Below are positions 59,508 to 64,000 of a stretch of DNA of 64,000 bases, in pieces. Source of the stretch: Mobula hypostoma (Eukaryota); NCBI RefSeq assembly GCF_963921235.1, contig NC_086109.1, forward strand, positions 8,682,001 to 8,746,000. Direction: 5' to 3'. The position numbers and the translations under genes were made by a program. Each line of letters starts with the position of its first letter. The stretch's first letter is position 1. The notes beneath the pieces are model-generated. The model had not been told where the DNA came from. It did no database searches and saw only the letters and a program-made list of their open reading frames with translations.

Positions 59508-61706
59508 AACCAGTTCAATTTTGCCACTGATAATTTAATGATAATTTATCTCACTTGTCAAAGCAATTAGACATCGTGAGGAGCTGTCAAAATAACCTTA
59601 AATGAACTAAAATCAACCAGGTGCCGAACTTGACACTATTAGCAATTGCTTCTCATTTTTTGAGGAAGAGTAGATGTTAGAAAGATGTTAATTTGGGTTC
59701 TGCTTGAGTTGACCTAGAGTTTCCGAAGGCTGTGCAACAAAGCCCAGATAATTAATGCACTACGGTCAGGGTTGGGTAGTTCTAAAAAAACAATATAACA
59801 GCAGCAAATATATTAGTTTAATAAAAAGTTTTTATTTTGTAAGTGTATCCTAATTAAAAAGCTGAAAGCATGTACCACCAGGAACGATGACAGCTTCTAT
59901 CCCTCTGTAATAAAGTCAAGATCAAAGTAAGTTCATTATCAAAGTATCCATACCTTACCATATACTACCTTGAGATTCATTTTCTTGCAGGCATTTAAAG
60001 AAAAACGATAGAATTGATGAAAAACTATGCATAAACAGCTTGGTAGCGTTGTGTCGAGCACAGCACTTTACAATACCAGTGACCCGGGTTCACTTCCTGC
60101 CGCAGTCTGAAAGGAGTTTGTACTTTCTCATTGTGACCGCGTGGATTTGCTCCAGATGATCTGGTTTCCTCCCATATTCCAAAGACGTATCGGTCAGTAG
60201 GTCAATTGGTCATTGTAAAGTGTCCCGTGATTAGGCCAGGGTGAAATCAGGGGATTACTGGGCAGTGCAGCTCAAAGGATCTGTTCTGCCTCTCAATAAA
60301 TAAACAAATGTTGACAAGCGACCAATGTGCAAAAGAAGACAAACTGTGCAAGTAAAAATCATAAATAATACTGAAAACATGAGTTGTAGAGTCCTTGAAA
60401 GTGAGTCTGTAGGTTGTGGAATCAGTCCAGTGTTGAGGTGAGTGAACCCTTCCACACAGGTTCAGAAACCTGTTGGTTGAGGGGGGTAATCATTAGTTTA
60501 TTTATTTATTGAGACAATGGGACAATTTACAATGACCAATTGACCTACCAACCGGTACATCTTTGGACTGTGGGAGGAAACGGGATCATCTGGAGGAAAC
60601 CCAATGAGAAAGTGCAAACGCCTTACAGACAGCACCGGGAACTGGCCCTTCGAGCCTCGCCACCCAGCAATCCCCCGATTTAACCCTAACCTAATCACGG
60701 GACAACTTACAATGACCAATTAACCGACCATCCGGTATGTCCTTGGACTGTGGGAGGAGACCAGAGCACCCGGAGGAAACCCATGCAGTCACGTGGAGAA
60801 CGTACAAACTCCTTACGGGCAGCGGTGGGAATTGAACCCAGGTCGCTGTACTGTAAAACTAACCACTCCGCTACCACGCTGGTGATAACTGCTCAGGAAG
60901 CTGATGGTAGAAGCGACGGCAGACTGTAAGGTCCCCCCCCCCCATGCAATAATACGGATTCCTGACCTCACAGTCTACCTTGCACCTATTGTCTGCCTGC
61001 ACTGCACTTCCTCTGTAACTGTAGCAGTTCACTGTACATTCTGTTATCGTCTTCCCCTCGTACTACCTCGAAACACTGACATGATGAAATGATGTGTATG
61101 GATGGCACTGTGACAACAATAAACCAATTACTCACGCTCGGTCAGCCTGAGGGTTCGGATTGAAACTGGGCCTGTTGATGAATTGATTACCTCGGACTCC
61201 TTCCTGCTGCTGAACTGCAAGAGGCTTTCTGAGTGATTACACACAGTGGGGTGCCATTCAGCCTGGTGACTCCGTACCGGCCCCGTGTAAAGGTAAAGTT
61301 AGGATGCGGTTAGCGCAATGCTCCTGCAGCTCTGTTCATTCCAGTGCTCCGAGTTCAATTCCGGCGGCATTCTGTACGGGGTCTCTATACGTCCTCCCCA
61401 TGAAATACATGGTTTTCCCTGGGTGCTCCTGTTTCCTCCCACGGTCCAAAGACATAGATGGATACATAGATAGATATTTTATCGGTCCCAAAGGAAATTA
61501 CAGTGTCACGGTAGCATTACAAGTGCACAGATAGACAAATATACAAATACTGTATTAGAAGAGGGTAGGCTAATTGGTCATTCTAAATTGTCCCGAGATT
61601 AGGTTAGGGTTAATCGGGGTTGTGGGGTCGCTGGAAGGTCGTGGTCCAAAGGGCCAGATGGGACTAACCTGCGCCATATCGTTAAATAAACAAATAATAA
61701 AATAAA

Positions 61707-62340
61707 GATTAGATTTTTAGATTTTAGATTATGATGACACACAGTCCTCTTTTATTGTCATTTAGTAATGCATGCTCTCCAGAATGTTATCACAGAAAGA
61801 CAAGACAAACCAACTGAAAAACTGACAAAAACACATAATTATAACATATAGTTACAACAGTGAAAAGCAGTACCATAATTTGATAAAGAACAGACCATGG
61901 GCACAGTAAAAAGTCTCAAAGTCTCTCGAAAGTCCCATCATCTCACGCAGACGGTGAACCTCCAGCGCCGCAAACTTGCCGATGCAGCATCCCGGAAGCA
62001 CTCGGCCACAGTCCGACTCCAAATCCGTCCAAAAACTCCGGGCCTCCGACCAGCTCTCCAACACCGAGCACCGAGCACCATCTCTGCCGAGCGCTTCGAC
62101 CCCGGCCCCAGCAACAGGCAATAGGCAAAGCCGAGGATCTGGGGCCTTCCCCTCTGGAGATTCTCAATCGCACAGTAGCAGTGGCAGCGAAGCGGGCATT
62201 TCAGAAGTTTCTCCAGGTGTTCCTCCATGCCTCTCATGGCTGTCTCCTTCAAATCAGGATTGTGCACGGCATCCTACTTAACAAATACGATATCAATCAG
62301 AACAGCCACGCGCACTGCGTCACGCCGCCATCTTCTCCTC
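61707..62340 (-). mobile_element. Full-length copy of the (ATCTAA)n-tailed non-coding element, with 5' YY1 motif
   Basis: Starts GGAGGAGAAGATGGCGGCG on minus; collinear with 23641-24262. Confidence 0.75.
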
Positions 62341-63337
62341 CCGCCTTCATTTGTCGCATTTCCATCGAAACAGCAAAGCAAACAGTGAGATGCAAAGTTT
62401 TGCCTCAATGACCAACACAGACTGGATATGCGCTGGGGGCAGCCTGTAGGAGTTGCCGCGCTTCCAGCGCCAACGTAGCGTGCCCACAACTTCCAAACCT
62501 TAACTCATAAGTCTTTGGGACGTGGGAGGAAACCGGATCACCCGGAGGAAATCCACACGGTCACAGGGCGAACACGCAACTTCCTTAAAGACCGCGGCAG
62601 GAAATGAACGCCATTCTTTCAATCGCTGTCACCTGTCAAGCATCGCGCTTCCTACTACGCTATCATGCACAAGAGCAATCGAGCTAGTTCCACTTCCCCA
62701 CCCCGCCCCTGCCAATCCTTCCACTGAGATATTATCAGTTCCCTTGCGAAAGCTATGCTTGAATCCACTACTCTCACTTGCTGTGCACTCACTGACACCA
62801 ACCACTCGTAAGAGAACCCCTCGTCTTGGGGCCAACGCTCCTCGTTCTTTGCCCTCTAATTCTTGATCCACCCACCCCCTGCTTCCAATGCCAACAGTTT
62901 CTCTCCTCCTTCCTTTTCCTTCTTTACTTACACTCTACACTTTGGGAAGTCAATTGTTACAAGAAAGGCAGCAGTCAATAGCACGGCATCGCTGATGTAT
63001 GGAGGGATCTTGGGAACCAAGTGCGTATATTCCTGTAAGTAGCCACACAATGAAGATGGGTGGTGAAGAAGGCATGTAGTATGATTGCCTTTGTTGGTCG
63101 ACACACTGAGTATAAGAATCAATGAAGTAGTGTTGCCCCAATATAACATTTTGGTTAGACAGCTCTCAAAGTATTGCATTGCAGGAAGGATGTGGAGGCT
63201 ATGGAGAGGCTGCAGACGTTGCTTTCGGGGATGCCGCCTGGATTAGAGAGTATTAGCTATCAGAAGTGGTTGGACAAACTTGGGTTTAATTGCTTTGGAG
63301 TGTCGCAGGCTGAAGGGAGACCTGGTATAAATTTTTT

Positions 63338-64000
63338 GCCACTCGTCCATCCCTGAATTTAGTGGCTCCACCATTGCTGACCATGCATTGAGCTTGCTTT
63401 GCGCCCTTAACTCCTGGTGGAGTCGTCAGGGTGCCATCATGTCAAGCTTTGCGTCAGTCTGTTCCATCCGTCGCGGTTGTGTGCCAGAACCTGGGTCACC
63501 GCAAATGTTTTTCCTGTCCATTCTTTAATGTTGTCCGTCCATCTTTTCCTCTGTCTACCCCTCCTTCTTTTCCCCTCCACAGTTCCTTGTAGAACGGTCT
63601 CTGCAAGGCCACTGGATCTTGTTACGTGGCCGTACCATCTCAGCTTTCTTTTCTTCTCCGTTGTGAGAAGGTCTTCATGGGGGCCAGTGTGGTGCTGGAT
63701 GGTCTTGCTGACCTGCTCGTTTGTAACATGATCCAAGTATGAAATGCCCAAGATGTTGCGATAGCATCTCATTCCCAATGCCTGGATCTTCCTCTGTAGC
63801 TCTGCTGTGAGAGTCCATGTCTTGCATGAGTACAGGAAGATGGAGAATACCGATGCACGCAGGAGTCTGATCTTGTACTTCATGGTGATGTTGCTGTCCC
63901 TCCATATTGTCTTGAGTTTGGATAGTGCAGTCATTGTCTGTGCAGTTCTTGCCAGGACTTCTGGTCTTGATCCTTCATCACTGATGATTGCCCCCAGGTA
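63338..64000 (-). mobile_element. RTE-clade LINE, RT C-terminal region and 3' end; continues beyond the window
   Basis: YLGAIISDEGSRPEVLAR..., IFLYSCKTWTL, RKLRWYGHVTR, VLQGTVEGKRRRGRQRKRWTDNIKEW. Confidence 0.92.

Overview
Eukaryotic, repeat-dominated vertebrate DNA. The repeat repertoire (abundant CR1/HER1-type LINE 3' ends with (TTCTATG)n tails, HE1-like V-SINEs, Penelope-derived units) points to a cartilaginous fish, probably a ray; this is inference. No complete host gene is present. There are two or three candidate minus-strand exons near the left end (312-440, 9526-10094, weaker ~4879-4940). Almost all ORFs in the track are TE remnants or low-complexity artefacts. Recognisable elements: a young 5'-truncated CR1 with an open RT ORF (1785-3240), a decayed Tc1 transposon, Tc1/Tigger/Charlie-type MITEs, RTE and Rex1 3' fragments, and many short non-autonomous retroelements. 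The most notable observation is a two-LTR Gypsy element (20689-23640, minus) whose RT/RNaseH/integrase core is replaced by an intron-free fragment of the host splicing-factor gene RBM25, i.e. host mRNA captured inside an LTR retrotransposon. The window also carries candidate self-cleaving RNAs: minimal hammerheads in Penelope-derived units (one in a young fold-back insertion with a 14-bp TSD), an HDV/CPEB3-like fold at the 5' end of an RTE-type short element, and a covarying 5' structure in BovB/Expander-like elements. All homology calls were made by eye from remembered family sequences; no searches were run.
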